Below, piece after piece: positions 9,921-19,174 of a DNA stretch of 64,000 nt. The notes under the pieces were generated by a model, which worked only from the letters and a program-made list of their open reading frames with translations, was not told the DNA's origin and searched no databases. Numbering within the stretch: the first letter of the stretch is position 1; every line of letters starts with the position of its first letter. The stretch comes from Bacteroidia bacterium. GTDB taxonomy: Bacteria > Bacteroidota > Bacteroidia > CAIKAF01. Location of the stretch: positions 4,879 through 68,878 of the forward strand of contig JACVCJ010000019.1 in NCBI GenBank assembly GCA_016742095.1. The letters are read 5' to 3'. Position numbers and translations under genes: made by a program.

Positions 9921-10898
9921 GTGAAGATACTCATTATCCAGACCTCGTTCCCCGGTGATGTGATCCTGGCGACGGCCCTGCCGGAAACGCTCCGGCGCTG
10001 TTTCCCGGAGGCAGAACTGCATTTCCTGGTACGGAAGGGGAACGAATCGCTTTTGCAGGGACATCCCTTCCTGCACAACGTGTGGATATGGGACAAAAAA
10101 CGGAAGTGGAGCAGTGCCCTGGAACTGGTACGGGCCTTCCGGCGAGAAAAGTTCGACCGCGTAGTGAACGTGCAACGCTTTTTTATGACCGGCCTGATGA
10201 CCATATTGAGCGGCGCTCCCGACCGACGCGGGTTCGATAAAAATCCCCTCTCCTTCCTGTATACGAAAAAAGTACCGCATGTGTTTCAGGAAGGGTTGCA
10301 TGAAGTGCAGCGGAACCAGCTGTTGATCGCTGATCTCTGCGGTACGGAGCCGGAACTTCCCCGCCTGTATCCGCCCGCCATGACCTTACCCACGGATAAG
10401 CCCTATATTGTACTGGCCCCGGCTTCGGTATGGTTCACCAAACAGTGGCCCGAGGCCTACTGGAGCGAACTGGCCGATATACTGGATACTGAGCTCGACA
10501 TTGTGCTCAGCGGTGGCCCGGCCGACCGCGCACTCTGCGAACGTATTGAAAAAGCCACCCGGCGGCCGCTTATCAATACCTGCGGCCAATACAGCCTGCT
10601 GCAGTCGGCGGGTATTATACAGGGCGCAAGGGCCATTGTGTGTAACGACAGCGCGCCGGCGCACCTGGCCACGGCGGTGAATACGCCCACGGTACAGATC
10701 TATTGCAGTACCGATACACGTTTTGGTTTTTCGGCCCTGGCCTCGCCGCATATCCTACTCGAAACGCCGGAACCGCTTTCCTGCCGTCCCTGCACCACGC
10801 ACGGCCGCGAAGCCTGTCCGCTGGGACATTTCCTCTGTGGGAAAAATGTTACACCGGCACTGGTGGCAAAGGCAGTTACAGAGCTTTTGAAGGCGTAG
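9921..10898 (+). CDS. Glycosyltransferase family 9 (heptosyltransferase-like)
   Basis: KILIIQTSFPGDVIL, KQWP, NDSAPAHLA, CRPC...CPLGHF.C motifs; GTG start. Confidence 0.9.
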   Translation: MKILIIQTSFPGDVILATALPETLRRCFPEAELHFLVRKGNESLLQGHPFLHNVWIWDKKRKWSSALELVRAFRREKFDRVVNVQRFFMTGLMTILSGAPDRRGFDKNPLSFLYTKKVPHVFQEGLHEVQRNQLLIADLCGTEPELPRLYPPAMTLPTDKPYIVLAPASVWFTKQWPEAYWSELADILDTELDIVLSGGPADRALCERIEKATRRPLINTCGQYSLLQSAGIIQGARAIVCNDSAPAHLATAVNTPTVQIYCSTDTRFGFSALASPHILLETPEPLSCRPCTTHGREACPLGHFLCGKNVTPALVAKAVTELLKA

Positions 10899-10905
10899 AG
10901 AATAT

Positions 10906-11259
10906 TTACAGCAGGGCGTCCAGCAATTCGGCAGGGCGGGCAATCAGCGCTTTATTTCCCTTAATGACCACGGGGCGTTCGATCAGCTGCGGATGCTCGC
11001 TCATGGCCTGCAGCAGTTCTCCTTCGCCGGGAGTACGGTCGCCAAACAGTTCGCCGTAGATGCTTTCCTTTTTACGCACCCAGTCGGCCGCTTTCAGACC
11101 CAGCTTTTTCAGCACGCTTTTCAGTTCGTCCGTGCCTGGTTTTTCCTGCATATAACTGCGGATATGGAAGGGTATCCCTTTTTCTTCCAGGCGTTTGATC
11201 GCTTCCCGGCTTTTGCCGCAGCGGTTGTTATGCCATACGGTAATTTCTGTGGAACTCAT
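10906..11259 (-). CDS. ArsC/Spx family reductase
   Basis: HNNRCGKSR and HPQLIERPVV..ARP motifs; start moved to ATG at 11259. Confidence 0.88.
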   Translation of the reverse strand: MSSTEITVWHNNRCGKSREAIKRLEEKGIPFHIRSYMQEKPGTDELKSVLKKLGLKAADWVRKKESIYGELFGDRTPGEGELLQAMSEHPQLIERPVVIKGNKALIARPAELLDALL

Positions 11260-11325
11260 ACCCGCAAAGGTAAAAATATCGGCGCAGCTAAACATTTGAT
11301 GGCAACCGTTTGTTTTGGACGGGAT

Positions 11326-12660
11326 ATGGCTTTTACACAGCAGGGAAAAACGGCGGTATTCTGCTTCCGCAGGGATCTGCGCCTGTACGACAATGCAGGC
11401 CTGTACCATGCCCTCCGGGCCAACCGGGTCGTACGCTGCATCTTTATTTTCGATACGGAGATACTCCATAAACTCGAATTAACGGACGACAGCCGGGTGA
11501 GTTTTATCTGGCAGCAGCTCCGTGCCCTGAAACAGGAATTGCGTCAACTGGGCAGCGATCTGCTTGTTTTACACGGTAGACCGGCCGACGTGTGGAAGAA
11601 TCTGCTGGAAAGCGATGCGGTAAGCGCCGTATACGCCAATAGAGACTATGAACCGGACACCCGGCGCCGCGACCGCGAAATAGCAGCCCTGCTGAAGGAA
11701 AAGGGCATTCCCCTGCACCTGTACAAAGACCATGTAATTTTTGAAGAGAACGAAGTGCTCTCCAATGCCGGCACACCGTATACCGTGTTTACACCCTATG
11801 CCCGCAAATGGCAGGAGCGGCTTACCCGTTTTTACCTGGAACCCTATCCCGTTGAGAAATACCTGCAGGCCCTGGAACCGGTGCCGGACGAATATCCCTT
11901 TCCCTCCCTGGAACAGCTGGGCTTTACACCCTGGCAGGGCAGTTTTCCGCCGGTGGAGCCGGCCGAAGGCGTATTGCGTACCTATGAGCAGACCCGCGAT
12001 CTTCCGGCGCTGGAGAACGGCACCTCGCGCCTGGGCATACACCTGCGCTTTGGTACGTTGAGCATACGAAAACTGGCCGCCGAAGCCCTGAAACAGAACG
12101 CCACTTACCTGAAAGAGCTGATCTGGCGCGATTTTTTCATACAGGTCCTCTTTCATTTCCCCGACGTAGTGCAACATTCCTTTCGCAAAGAGTACGATGC
12201 CATACCCTGGCGCAATAACGAAGCCGAATTTGAACGCTGGTGCCGCGGTGAAACGGGTTATCCGCTCGTGGATGCGGGCATGCGCGAACTGAATGCCACA
12301 GGCCATATGCACAACCGCGTACGTATGGTTACGGCCTCCTTTCTGTGCAAACACCTGCTGATCGACTGGCGCTGGGGCGAACGTTATTTTGCATCGCGTC
12401 TGCTCGATTATGAACTGGCCTCCAATAACGGGAACTGGCAGTGGGCCGCCGGCACAGGTTGTGATGCAGCCCCGTATTTCCGCGTGTTCAACCCGGCCGA
12501 ACAGCTCAGAAAGTTCGATCCGCAGGGCATTTATGTGCGCAAATGGGTTCCGGAATACGATACTATTTCGTATATTTCTCCTTTGGTAGAACACCGGGCC
12601 GCCCGCGAAAGAGCCCTGCAAGCCTATAGGACCGCTCTGTCTGCCGCGGCCGGCGCTTAA
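11326..12660 (+). CDS. phrB: Deoxyribodipyrimidine photolyase
   Basis: FRRDLRLYDN, GETGYPLVDAGMREL, MHNRVRM, NNGNWQW, PYFRVFNP; start moved to ATG at 11326. Confidence 0.95.
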   Translation: MAFTQQGKTAVFCFRRDLRLYDNAGLYHALRANRVVRCIFIFDTEILHKLELTDDSRVSFIWQQLRALKQELRQLGSDLLVLHGRPADVWKNLLESDAVSAVYANRDYEPDTRRRDREIAALLKEKGIPLHLYKDHVIFEENEVLSNAGTPYTVFTPYARKWQERLTRFYLEPYPVEKYLQALEPVPDEYPFPSLEQLGFTPWQGSFPPVEPAEGVLRTYEQTRDLPALENGTSRLGIHLRFGTLSIRKLAAEALKQNATYLKELIWRDFFIQVLFHFPDVVQHSFRKEYDAIPWRNNEAEFERWCRGETGYPLVDAGMRELNATGHMHNRVRMVTASFLCKHLLIDWRWGERYFASRLLDYELASNNGNWQWAAGTGCDAAPYFRVFNPAEQLRKFDPQGIYVRKWVPEYDTISYISPLVEHRAARERALQAYRTALSAAAGA

Positions 12661-12747
12661 ATTTCTCACGCATTTTGGGAATTCTTCAGAAGTATTACTT
12701 TTGTAGGAAAATAGCAAAACAAAAACCCGCACGAAAGTGCTTTGCAC

Positions 12748-13371
12748 ATGGCAATGAGAAAAGTACCCATACATGTAGTCGGATTAAGTTACAGTTCTAC
12801 ACAAACCGGTGCCTACGCACTGGTCTTAGGCGAAACAGGCGGAAAAAGGCGCCTGCCGATCATCATAGGGAGCTTTGAGGCACAGGCCATTGCCATGAAA
12901 ATGGAGAACGTAAGCGCATCCCGTCCGCTCACGCACGACCTGTTCCAGACCTTTGCCGACTCCTTCGGCATCCGTGTAAAGGAAGTGATCATCTACAACC
13001 TGCACGAAGGGGTCTTCCATTCGAAAATTATCTGTGACGACGGGCTCAAGGAAGTGGAGCTGGACAGCCGCACTTCGGATGCCATAGCCATTGCCCTGCG
13101 TTTCGACTGTCCTATTTTCACCTACGAATTCATTCTCTCTTCCGCCGGTATCGTAATGGACGATACCAGTGAAGAAACCGAAAGCAGTACGCCCGAAGAA
13201 CCCGAGGCCGAAGAGGCCGAGATCACCGGGCAGACCCCTGTATCTCCCGATTCCTATGAGACCATTCCCATGGCCGAACTGGAATCCGAACTGCGCAAGG
13301 CCATTGCCGAAGAAGCTTACGAACGGGCTTCCAGGATTCAGAAAGAGATCGACCGCAGAAAAAGCAATTAA
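12748..13371 (+). CDS. Bifunctional nuclease family (DUF151) with C-terminal UVR domain
   Basis: LPIIIGSFEAQAIA, RPLTHDL, DSRTSDAIAIA; C-terminal EEAYERASRI. Confidence 0.9.
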   Translation: MAMRKVPIHVVGLSYSSTQTGAYALVLGETGGKRRLPIIIGSFEAQAIAMKMENVSASRPLTHDLFQTFADSFGIRVKEVIIYNLHEGVFHSKIICDDGLKEVELDSRTSDAIAIALRFDCPIFTYEFILSSAGIVMDDTSEETESSTPEEPEAEEAEITGQTPVSPDSYETIPMAELESELRKAIAEEAYERASRIQKEIDRRKSN

Positions 13372-13377
13372 AACACC

Positions 13378-14868
13378 ATGATGAAAATACTTACCACACT
13401 GGCGCTGGCCCTGCTGGCATTGTGCCTTCCCGGCAACATATCGGCCACACAGGACACCCTGCGCACAGACAGCGTGCCTGTGGCGGGCGGGCAACAGGCC
13501 GTAGCCGTTACCGATACCATACAGGCCGTCGTGGTACCGCCTTTCCAGGTGGCCGGTGAAGGTATCAGCCTCATGAGCGTCAGCCGTGGTATGCTGGGTA
13601 TCCTCATCTGTGTCATTATCCTGTTCCTGTTCAGTAACAACCGCGCCAGGATCAACTGGAAACTGGTTATTTCGGGCATTATTCTGCAGCTGTTCCTGGG
13701 CATACTGGTGCTGAAGGTGCCTTTTGTAAAGAACGTATTCGAATACCTGGCCAACGGTTTTGCCAAACTGATCGGTTTTGCCGATTCGGGCGTGGCTTTC
13801 CTCTTCGGCAGCTTTGCCTCCGGGCAGACCATCGTAGAGCAGCCCCTGGTGAACTTTGCCATAAAGATACTGCCTACCGTGATCTTCTTCAGCGCGCTCA
13901 CCAGCGTACTCTTTTACTTCGGCATTCTGCAGAAAGTGGTGTACGCCCTGGCCTGGATACTGAAAAAAATTATGCGTCTCAGCGGTGCGGAAGCCCTGGC
14001 TGCATCCGGTAATATCTTCCTCGGACAGACCGAAGCGCCCCTGCTGGTGCGTCCCTATATTGAAAAAATGACCCGTTCAGAGATCATGTGTCTCATGACG
14101 GGCGGTATGGCCACCATTGCCGGTGGGGTACTGGCGGCCTATATCGGTTTCCTGGGCGGCGACGACAAGGCCCAGCAGACCTTTTATGCCATGCACCTGC
14201 TCACCGCTTCGGTAATGAGCGCCCCGGCCGCTATTGTGGCTGCCAAGATACTGGTGCCGGAAACAGAACCCTATATCGAAGACTTGCAGGTAAGCAAGGA
14301 GCGTATCGGTTCCAATTTCCTGGAAGCCATCAGTAACGGAACTACCGACGGACTGAAACTGGCCGTGAACGTAGGCGCCATGCTGCTGGTATTCACCGCG
14401 CTGGTTACCCTGGTGAACGCTTTGCTGGACGACGGACTGGGCAGCGTTACCGGTCTGAATGCCGAAATTACACAGATCACCAATGGCCGTTACAACGGTC
14501 TGAACCTGCAGTTTATACTGGGTTGTATCTGTTCTCCCATAGCCTGGTTACTGGGCGTACCCACCGAAGATATGATGGCCGTAGGCCAGCTGCTGGGCGA
14601 AAAAACGGCCATCAACGAGTTTTATGCCTATACGCAGATGGGTAAAATGAAGAATGCCGGCACTTTCACCTATGAAAAATCGCTGGTAATGAGTACCTAT
14701 ATCCTTTGCGGGTTCTCCAACTTTGCCTCCATCGGTATCCAGATCGGGGGTATCGGTTCCCTGGCGCCGTCTAAAAAAGCCCTGCTTTCCGAATTCGGTT
14801 TCCGTGCCATGCTGGGCGGTACCATTGCCTGTCTGCTTACAGCTGCCATTGCCGGTATGTTCTACTAA
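13378..14868 (+). CDS. NupC/CNT family Na+/nucleoside cotransporter
   Basis: NIFLGQTEAPL, GGMATIAG, NEF, LCGFSNFASIGI motifs; multiple TM segments. Confidence 0.93.
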   Translation: MMKILTTLALALLALCLPGNISATQDTLRTDSVPVAGGQQAVAVTDTIQAVVVPPFQVAGEGISLMSVSRGMLGILICVIILFLFSNNRARINWKLVISGIILQLFLGILVLKVPFVKNVFEYLANGFAKLIGFADSGVAFLFGSFASGQTIVEQPLVNFAIKILPTVIFFSALTSVLFYFGILQKVVYALAWILKKIMRLSGAEALAASGNIFLGQTEAPLLVRPYIEKMTRSEIMCLMTGGMATIAGGVLAAYIGFLGGDDKAQQTFYAMHLLTASVMSAPAAIVAAKILVPETEPYIEDLQVSKERIGSNFLEAISNGTTDGLKLAVNVGAMLLVFTALVTLVNALLDDGLGSVTGLNAEITQITNGRYNGLNLQFILGCICSPIAWLLGVPTEDMMAVGQLLGEKTAINEFYAYTQMGKMKNAGTFTYEKSLVMSTYILCGFSNFASIGIQIGGIGSLAPSKKALLSEFGFRAMLGGTIACLLTAAIAGMFY

Positions 14869-15015
14869 GAACGGTTTTAGGAACTCTGCCGTCTGCCACG
14901 CAGCGCGCTGAGGTACGAAGCGCCGGAACAAGCCCGTAGGGACACGGCCTTTAAAAGAGGAACGGGCCTTGCCTGCGCCCGGAAAATGTGTATCTTTCCG
15001 TTTTACCCCTTTAGT

Positions 15016-15381
15016 ATGGCATTACACAACAAACTGGGCCGGGCCGGTGAAGAGGCTGCCCTTGCGTTCCTGCAACAGGCCGGCTTACAGGTATTACACA
15101 GCAACTGGCGCACGCATCCCTGGGAAGTGGACATTGTGGCCCTCGACGGCAAAATACTGGTATTTGTGGAAGTAAAGACCCGGGCCGATCTGCGGCACGG
15201 ACTGCCCGAAGAGGCTGTTACCCGGCGCAAGGAACAGCATCTGTACAGTTCGGCCGAGGCCTACCTGGAAAAATATGGTATGGAAAATGAGGTCCGTTTT
15301 GATATCATGGCCGTGCTGCCGAAAGACGGAGGCTGGCAGATACGGCATATTCCCGGCGCCTTTAGCGCATTTGGAGGTTAA
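15016..15381 (+). CDS. yraN: YraN family PD-(D/E)XK protein
   Basis: GRAGEEAA, EVDIVA, LVFVEVKTR, RFDI motifs. Confidence 0.9.
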   Translation: MALHNKLGRAGEEAALAFLQQAGLQVLHSNWRTHPWEVDIVALDGKILVFVEVKTRADLRHGLPEEAVTRRKEQHLYSSAEAYLEKYGMENEVRFDIMAVLPKDGGWQIRHIPGAFSAFGG

Positions 15382-15407
15382 GCGCTAAATTTGTAGCATT
15401 GTAGTAA

Positions 15408-16241
15408 ATGCAGGCTATGGAAAATTTCACATTCACATCGCGCGACGGGCTGCAGCTGGCGGCCTCCTTCCAGAAAACGGAATTTACCCCTTATGTGGTC
15501 GCTATTGTGCACGGTATGGGCGAACACAAGGGTCGTTATGCCCATGTGGCCGATTTTTTCCTGCACAGCGGTTACTCGGTGGCCCTGTTCGACCAGCGCG
15601 GACACGGGAATTCGGGCGGTAAACGCGGGCACACGCCTTCGCTGGACGCCATGCTGAACGATGTGGACGATTTCCTGGCCGAAGTGCGCAAACGCATGCC
15701 GGGACAAAAAATAGTACTGTACGGGCACAGTATGGGCGCCAATATCGTGCTCAATTATACGCTGCGCCGCAAGCCGGACATTGCCGCGGTGGTGGGTTCA
15801 TCGCCTTACCTGCGCCTGGCCTTTGAACCGCCCGCATTCAAGCTGTTCCTGGCCAGAACGGTGGGAAAGCTGTTGCCCGAACTGCAACAGAAGACCGGGC
15901 TGGAGGTCACGGCCATATCGCGCGATGCACGCGTGGTAGAGGCGTATAAGAACGATCCCCTGGTGCACGAATTTATAACGTCTTCTTTCTTTAATTCGGT
16001 GCATTTTGCCGGTGTATACCCGATCGAACATGCGGCTGAATTCCAGGTACCCTGCCTGCTGTTCCACGGTACCGAAGACCGCCTTACCAGTTACAAAGCC
16101 ACGGTAGAATGTGCAGAGAACGCAAAGGGCAAGGTAGAACTGAAACTCTGGAACGGCCTGTACCACGAGTGCCACAACGAGCCCGAACAGCACGAGGTAC
16201 TCAGTTATGTGAACAACTGGCTGAAGAATACGCTGAAGTAA
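15408..16241 (+). CDS. Alpha/beta hydrolase (lysophospholipase/monoglyceride lipase-like)
   Basis: VHGMGEH, DQRGHG, GHSMG nucleophile, HGTED, YHECHNE. Confidence 0.9.
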   Translation: MQAMENFTFTSRDGLQLAASFQKTEFTPYVVAIVHGMGEHKGRYAHVADFFLHSGYSVALFDQRGHGNSGGKRGHTPSLDAMLNDVDDFLAEVRKRMPGQKIVLYGHSMGANIVLNYTLRRKPDIAAVVGSSPYLRLAFEPPAFKLFLARTVGKLLPELQQKTGLEVTAISRDARVVEAYKNDPLVHEFITSSFFNSVHFAGVYPIEHAAEFQVPCLLFHGTEDRLTSYKATVECAENAKGKVELKLWNGLYHECHNEPEQHEVLSYVNNWLKNTLK

Positions 16242-16261
16242 GTTAGCTTTAAGCTATTAGC

Positions 16262-16642
16262 TCACAGCTCTGTGATGGCAGCTTCCAGTTCCTGGGGAAC
16301 AATAGAAGAGGGCTCAAAACCTCTTAATACGCCGTCCTTATCTACGTATACTTTAGAATAATTCCTGGTCTGGAATTTTTCTGCCTTGAAGCCCAGCGAG
16401 ATCAGGTATTTACTTCTCTCTTCCGGGTCTTCTTTTGCCAGGTCATGGCAGAATACGTCTATATTATGCCGGAAAGATTCTTCCGCCTCTTCGGGCGTAT
16501 CACCGTAACCACTCACTAAGATAGACGGGGCAATCACTATATAGTGATCTCCTTCTTTCCCGGAAGCAGTAAGAATGTTAACGGTAACGGACCGGGCTTT
16601 GATCCGGATGTGTTCTACGATGTTTTGGGGCTGTAATTCCAT
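16262..16642 (-). CDS. Hypothetical protein with HicB-like N-terminal fold
   Basis: YIVIAPSILVSGYGDTPEEAEESF resembles the HicB partial RNase H motif; AT-richer than its neighbours. Confidence 0.6.
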   Translation of the reverse strand: MELQPQNIVEHIRIKARSVTVNILTASGKEGDHYIVIAPSILVSGYGDTPEEAEESFRHNIDVFCHDLAKEDPEERSKYLISLGFKAEKFQTRNYSKVYVDKDGVLRGFEPSSIVPQELEAAITEL

Positions 16643-16825
16643 GAAATAAGCTGTTGGTATGTTTATACAAATAAACGGATTTTTTCGGAAAGTTAGGCCC
16701 GGTATACTCTATCAGGCCTTATTTCAAGAAATGAAAGAATGATTCTGTCCTGAGTGAAAAAATAATAACCGGTACTTCAGAATAAAACAAAAAATCCGCC
16801 GGCGTAAACCATGCGGATCTTGTTG

Positions 16826-16896
16826 AGGTATCGAGCGGATTCGAACCGCTGTAGCAGGTTTTGCAGACCTGAGCCTAGCCCCTCGGCCACGATACC
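16826..16896 (-). tRNA. tRNA-Cys(GCA)
   Basis: Reverse complement GGTATCG...CAGGT CTGCAAA ACCTG...GGTTCGAATCC...CGATACC T forms a cloverleaf with a U discriminator; CCA not encoded. Confidence 0.96.
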
Positions 16897-16947
16897 GTTT
16901 TGGGACTGCAAATATAATGGTGTTTCCACAAAAACCAAAAAAATACG

Positions 16948-17145
16948 CTAATTGCCCCTAAGATCGCGGTATGCATCCAGGCAACCCGGGCATAAACAGT
17001 CTATATATGTGCAGCGTAACTCCTTCAGGGCCTCCCGCGGAATGTACAATTTTTCGCACCAGCAGCCCGCTTCTACCGTACAGTAAAAGTCTTTACCGCA
17101 TCGGGGACAGGTTTTCCGGTCCGTTCTTTTCTCTGTATTCTGCAT
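16948..17145 (-). CDS. Cysteine-rich CWC family protein
   Basis: CPRCGKDFYC...CWC...DCLCPGCL. Confidence 0.8.
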   Translation of the reverse strand: MQNTEKRTDRKTCPRCGKDFYCTVEAGCWCEKLYIPREALKELRCTYIDCLCPGCLDAYRDLRGN

Positions 17146-17500
17146 ATGTACTTCCTAAAGTAACCGATACCGACCCGGCTTTACTGCCGAAAGGCGGGTC
17201 CATTTTTTCTACCCGCACTTCCAGGTCCAGTATCTCCGGGAACTGTATCCGTATGGAATGAACAATCTTTGCGGCCAAATGTTCCAGCAGGCGGCAGGGT
17301 GTTTGCATGATCTCCGATACCAGGCCGTGTATGCGCTGGTAGTCCACGGTATGTTCCAGCTCGTCGGAAAGGGCGGCCCGGGCCATATCGTAGGTGTAGC
17401 TTATGTGCACACGGAAGGTATTGCCCTTTTCGCGTTCAAAGGCGTGCCAGCCGTGAAAGGCAAAGAATTCAAGTGCATTCAGCTGAACCCGGCCCGTCAT
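17093..17500 (-). CDS. folB: Dihydroneopterin aldolase
   Basis: FFAFHG...E, SDELEHTVDY, LLEHLA, VEKMDPP motifs; start moved to ATG at 17500. Confidence 0.9.
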   Translation of the reverse strand: MTGRVQLNALEFFAFHGWHAFEREKGNTFRVHISYTYDMARAALSDELEHTVDYQRIHGLVSEIMQTPCRLLEHLAAKIVHSIRIQFPEILDLEVRVEKMDPPFGSKAGSVSVTLGSTYAEYREKNGPENLSPMR

Positions 17501-17504
17501 GGTA

Positions 17505-19040
17505 TCAGATAAAAAGTGAATGGAAACGGTCCATACCTGCCCGTATGCGCTGTGCCGAAGCATCGGCGCCGATCAGGGCCACCATATCGAAAATACCCGG
17601 TCCGGTGCTCTCGCCGGTAAGCAGTATGCGGAATACGGGCATAATAGCCCCGAAACCGATCTTGTTCGCCTCCATCCATTCTTTGGCTTTAGCCTCCATT
17701 TCGGCGGCATTATGGCCATGCTGAAGGGTAATGACCAGCAGTTGCTCCAGCTGGGCGCGGGTATCGGGTTTTACCTTTTTCTGCAAAGCGGCTTCGTCGA
17801 AGCGGGTGGGTGTACTGAACAGGAATTTGCCATTGTCTACCAGGTCGGCAATGAACTCGGCACGTTCTTTCATCAGTCCGCATACGCCGGCCAGGAATTC
17901 CTTTTCCACCGTATAACCGGCACGCAGGGCATACGGCATGGCGGCATCGGCCAGTTCTTCGTTGCTCATGCTGCGCAGGTACTGCTGGTTGAACCAGAGG
18001 GCTTTTTTATAGTCGAACTTGGCGCCGGACTTGCTTACGCGCTCCAGGCTGAACTGCTGGCAAAGCTCTTCCAGGCTGAATATCTCCTGGTTTTCTTCCG
18101 GGTGCCAGCCCAGCAGGGCCAGGAAATTGATCACCGCTTCCTTAAAATACCCTTTTTCGCGGTAGCCCGAAGATACTTCGCCGGAGAAAGGATCGGTCCA
18201 TTCCAGCGGGAATACCGGGAAGCCCAGGCGGTCGCCGTCGCGTTTGCTCAGTTTTCCGTTGCCTTCGGGTTTCAGGATCAGGGGCAGGTGGGCAAAGGCC
18301 GGCATAACGGATTCCCAGCCCAGGGTGCGGTACAGCAACACGTGCAGGGGAGCCGAGGGCAGCCATTCCTCCCCGCGGATCACGTGTGTGATGCCCATGA
18401 GGTAATCGTCCACGATATTGGCCAGGTGATAGGTAGGCATACCGTCAGACTTGAACAGTACCTTATCGTCCATATTGGCGGTATTTACCACCACTACGCC
18501 GCGGATAATGTCCTCGAAGCGTACTTCTTCGTTGCGCGGCACTTTGAAACGAACCACATAGGCTTCGCCTGCGGCGAGACGGCGCTGCACCTCTTCGGCC
18601 GGAAGGGTGAGCGAGTTCTTCATGCTCATGCGGGTAATGAAATTATAGGCAGGCGAGGTATTACCGGCTTTGGTCATACGTTCGCGCATTTCTTCGAGTT
18701 CTTCGGGGGTATCGAAGGCATAGTAGGCATGCCCGGCGCTGATCAGCTGCTCGGCATACCGGCGGTACATGGGCTTGCGTTCGCTCTGGCGGTAGGGGGC
18801 ATGTTCGCCTTCTTTGCCCGGGCCTTCATCGTAACCGATGCCCAGCCAGTTAAGCGCTTCGATAATGTACTCCTCGGCGCCCGGTACAAAACGGGTCTGG
18901 TCGGTATCTTCGATCCGAAGCAGAAAATCGCCTCCGTGTTTTTTAGCAAAGAGGTAATTGAACAGGGCCGTACGCACTCCGCCGATATGCAGCGGACCGG
19001 TAGGACTGGGGGCAAAACGTACACGGACTTTTCTTTCCAT
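17505..19040 (-). CDS. gltX: Glutamate--tRNA ligase
   Basis: RFAPSPTGPLHIGG (HIGH), RIEDTD, RGEEW, KLSKR (KMSKS). Confidence 0.98.
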   Translation of the reverse strand: MERKVRVRFAPSPTGPLHIGGVRTALFNYLFAKKHGGDFLLRIEDTDQTRFVPGAEEYIIEALNWLGIGYDEGPGKEGEHAPYRQSERKPMYRRYAEQLISAGHAYYAFDTPEELEEMRERMTKAGNTSPAYNFITRMSMKNSLTLPAEEVQRRLAAGEAYVVRFKVPRNEEVRFEDIIRGVVVVNTANMDDKVLFKSDGMPTYHLANIVDDYLMGITHVIRGEEWLPSAPLHVLLYRTLGWESVMPAFAHLPLILKPEGNGKLSKRDGDRLGFPVFPLEWTDPFSGEVSSGYREKGYFKEAVINFLALLGWHPEENQEIFSLEELCQQFSLERVSKSGAKFDYKKALWFNQQYLRSMSNEELADAAMPYALRAGYTVEKEFLAGVCGLMKERAEFIADLVDNGKFLFSTPTRFDEAALQKKVKPDTRAQLEQLLVITLQHGHNAAEMEAKAKEWMEANKIGFGAIMPVFRILLTGESTGPGIFDMVALIGADASAQRIRAGMDRFHSLFI

Positions 19041-19174
19041 CTTGGTGTATTGAATTTAAGGGAGCAAAGGTAATAAATTCCCGCGCGTAAACCGCAGCCC
19101 GCACGCGTAAAAACAAAAAGGCCACCGCGCTTGCGATGGCCAAAAATTCAAAAAAGAAAAACGATCTGTGATTG

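Noticed and set aside
10993-11469. Apparent large overlap of arsC-like and photolyase ORFs
   Set aside because: Artefact of longest-ORF starts; plausible starts at 11259 and 11326 leave a 66-bp divergent gap
16262-16896. Prophage or integrative element at tRNA-Cys
   Set aside because: No integrase, phage genes or duplicated tRNA 3' end seen in the window
17520-19073. Long antisense ORFs (also 7245-8909, 23120-24502, 34987-36276, 36231-37853, 40694-41956)
   Set aside because: Shadow frames opposite well-supported genes in GC-rich codon usage; no recognisable motifs
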